Shown: positions 62,089-64,000 of the stretch, in pieces | Position numbering within the stretch: the stretch's first letter is position 1 | Layout: each line of letters starts with the position of its first letter | Assembly: GCA_041695225.1 (NCBI GenBank) | Contig: JBGFRI010000014.1 | Coordinates: 128,001-192,000, forward strand | DNA: 64,000 bases | DNA from: Deinococcota bacterium | Lineage (GTDB): Bacteria > Deinococcota > Deinococci > Deinococcales > Thermaceae | Reading direction: 5' to 3' | Notes under the pieces: generated by a model | What the model was told of the DNA's origin: nothing | Database searches by the model: none | What the model saw: only the letters and a program-made list of their open reading frames with translations | Program-made: the position numbers and the translations under genes

Positions 62089-63762
62089 ATGAACCTCCTC
62101 CGCTTTTTGCGCCCTTTTCTGTACCAGATACTGCTGGCCACAGGGCTGGCAGTGTTGCCGGCGTTAGCACAGGCCTTGCTGCCCAGCCAGGTGGTCAAGC
62201 CGCTGTTCGATCAGGTTCTGGCGGGGCAGTTTGACCGCTTGGGAGAGGTTTTGTGGGTAGGGGTGGGTTTGCTGGCGTTGCTGGTGGTGAGCGGGTATGC
62301 GCTGGAAGCCTTTATTGGCTACCTTTCGGTCAAGATACCGGCAGTCTGGCGGGAGCGAGTGTTTGGGAGCCTGCTACAGACGGACCTGATGGCCCTGCCG
62401 CCCTCCTCCGGTGGCCTGACCGGGCGGCTGGTGGCCGATCTGAAGGAGCTAGAGGGCTTTTTGTTCTTTAGCCTGGGGGCTCTGCTGGTACAGGGGGTTT
62501 TGCTGCTGGCCCTGCTCTCCCAGCTCTTGCTCCACTATACCGAGCTCACCTTGTATTTGCTGCTGATGTTTCCGGTAATGGCCTTGCTCCTGGGCTGGAT
62601 TGGGGCCTGGGTAACCCATTACAGCCGACGCACTCAGGCGGCTCTGGAGCGGCTGGCAGGCCGCATGGCCGAGGGTTTCGCCCGCCTGGAGCTGATCCGT
62701 GCCCTTAATTTGCAGGACTTTGCCAGGGCACGTTTTCACCAGAGTAACCAGCAGCAGTACCGGCTGGGGCGCACCCGTGTTTTTATTGCAGCCCTGAACC
62801 TGCCCTTAGGGCAGCTGGTCACCACCTCGCTGCTGGGCTTGCTGCTCTTTTTAGGGGTGGGAGCGGTGCAGCGTGGCGAGATGACCACAGGTGACCTGAC
62901 CGCCTTTTTGACCCTGCTGGCGCTGGCCGTTACACCCCTGCAAGCGCTAAGTCGTGTTGGCACCGGGTTTGCCCAGGCCGAAGGGGCAGCCGCCCGCCTG
63001 GTAGAGCTGCTCGAGCTTCCCCAGGCGCCCCAGATGGGCCAGCTTCAACTTCCCACCCTGCAAGGGGGCCTGGAGCTGCGCAATCTGGGGTTTGCCTATC
63101 CCGGCAGCGAGACTACCCTGCAAAACCTGAATCTTCGCCTCGAGCCTGGCTCCTTTACCGCAATCGTGGGGGCTTCGGGTTCGGGCAAAAGCACCCTGCT
63201 GCGCCTGCTACTGGGCCTCTACCGCCCCAGTACCGGTCAGGTACTGCTGGACGGGCACGGGCTGCAAAGCTACGATGCCCGCTGGCTGCGCGCCCGGATG
63301 GCCTGGGTTCCGCAGGAGCCGCTGCTGTTTGCTGGAACGGTGCAGGAAAACCTGGCCGCCCTTGCCCCCGAGGCCACCCCAGAAGCCATGCTGGAGGCCC
63401 TTAGCAAGGTGGGACTGCGACAGGAGATTGGCCTGCAAACCCTGCTGGAAGACGATGGGGGTGGGCTATCGGTGGGGCAGCGGCAGCGCCTGGCGATAGC
63501 GGCCGCCCTGCTACGCAATGCCAAAATTCTTTTGCTCGACGAGATCACCAGCGCCCTGGATCGGGGCAGCGAAGGACAGGTGGTAGCGGCCCTGGAAGCC
63601 ATACGCCCGGGCCGCACGGTAATCGTGGTGGCCCACCGTCTTTCGACCGTGCGGCATGCCGACCAGATTGTGGTAATGGAAAATGGCCAGATTAAAGAGG
63701 TAGGAAGCCATGCCGAACTGATGGGCCTGGCCGGAGCCTACGCGGGTCTGTGGAAGAGTTGA
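62089..63762 (+). CDS. MsbA-like ABC exporter
   Basis: TM domain plus GASGSGKST, LSVGQRQR, LLLDE, VAHRLST. Confidence 0.88.
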   Translation: MNLLRFLRPFLYQILLATGLAVLPALAQALLPSQVVKPLFDQVLAGQFDRLGEVLWVGVGLLALLVVSGYALEAFIGYLSVKIPAVWRERVFGSLLQTDLMALPPSSGGLTGRLVADLKELEGFLFFSLGALLVQGVLLLALLSQLLLHYTELTLYLLLMFPVMALLLGWIGAWVTHYSRRTQAALERLAGRMAEGFARLELIRALNLQDFARARFHQSNQQQYRLGRTRVFIAALNLPLGQLVTTSLLGLLLFLGVGAVQRGEMTTGDLTAFLTLLALAVTPLQALSRVGTGFAQAEGAAARLVELLELPQAPQMGQLQLPTLQGGLELRNLGFAYPGSETTLQNLNLRLEPGSFTAIVGASGSGKSTLLRLLLGLYRPSTGQVLLDGHGLQSYDARWLRARMAWVPQEPLLFAGTVQENLAALAPEATPEAMLEALSKVGLRQEIGLQTLLEDDGGGLSVGQRQRLAIAAALLRNAKILLLDEITSALDRGSEGQVVAALEAIRPGRTVIVVAHRLSTVRHADQIVVMENGQIKEVGSHAELMGLAGAYAGLWKS

Positions 63763-63768
63763 AAGTAA

Positions 63769-64000
63769 GCCCATAGCTGATAGTCGATAGTCGATAGTCC
63801 ATAGTCGATAGCCAGATTACCCCACGGCCCTCGACCCTACCCCTAGACAATCTTTTCCTCGACCTTCGACCATGGCCGATAGCTAATAGCCGATAGCATT
63901 TGACCTGAGACATGCGACCTGAGACATGCGACTAACTTCTGACCTTCGACCATGGCCGATAGCTAATAGCCGATAGCATTTGACCTGAGACATGCGACCT
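63769..64000. repeat. Composite 7-mer repeat block with an 80-bp higher-order duplication (runs off the window)
   Basis: gaccttcgaccatggccgatagctaatagccgatagcatttgacctgagacatgcgac at 63861 and 63941. Confidence 0.9.

Overview
GC-rich chromosomal window; gene content and many leaderless genes suggest Thermaceae (Meiothermus/Calidithermus-like), which is an inference. Housekeeping content: Fur/PerR, carboxylesterase, ATL, TetR, PLD, Maf, HAD, amidase, Lpt-like genes plus DegT, oligopeptidase A, a surface-glycan cluster (15.9-27.2 kb), pilT, cutA, gyrA, moaB, copZ-csoR-copA-tlpA-ccdA, argF/argC, deoD, a second PilT-like ATPase, and a gfo-fabZ-lpxA-lpxB-msbA-like lipid A cluster. The main feature is a ~9 kb array (33.4-42.5 kb) of eight intact-looking toxin-antitoxin-type gene pairs and two relics. 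Most carry their own leaderless promoter and are separated by mosaic palindromic repeats. Two type IV pilin genes sit inside the array, and the main repeat reverses orientation across them. No integrase or transposase is in the window. Other points: a 42-bp palindromic element inserted in frame in two or three genes, composite 7-mer repeat elements, a candidate attenuator in the gyrA leader, and several degenerate active sites. All calls are by eye; no searches were run.
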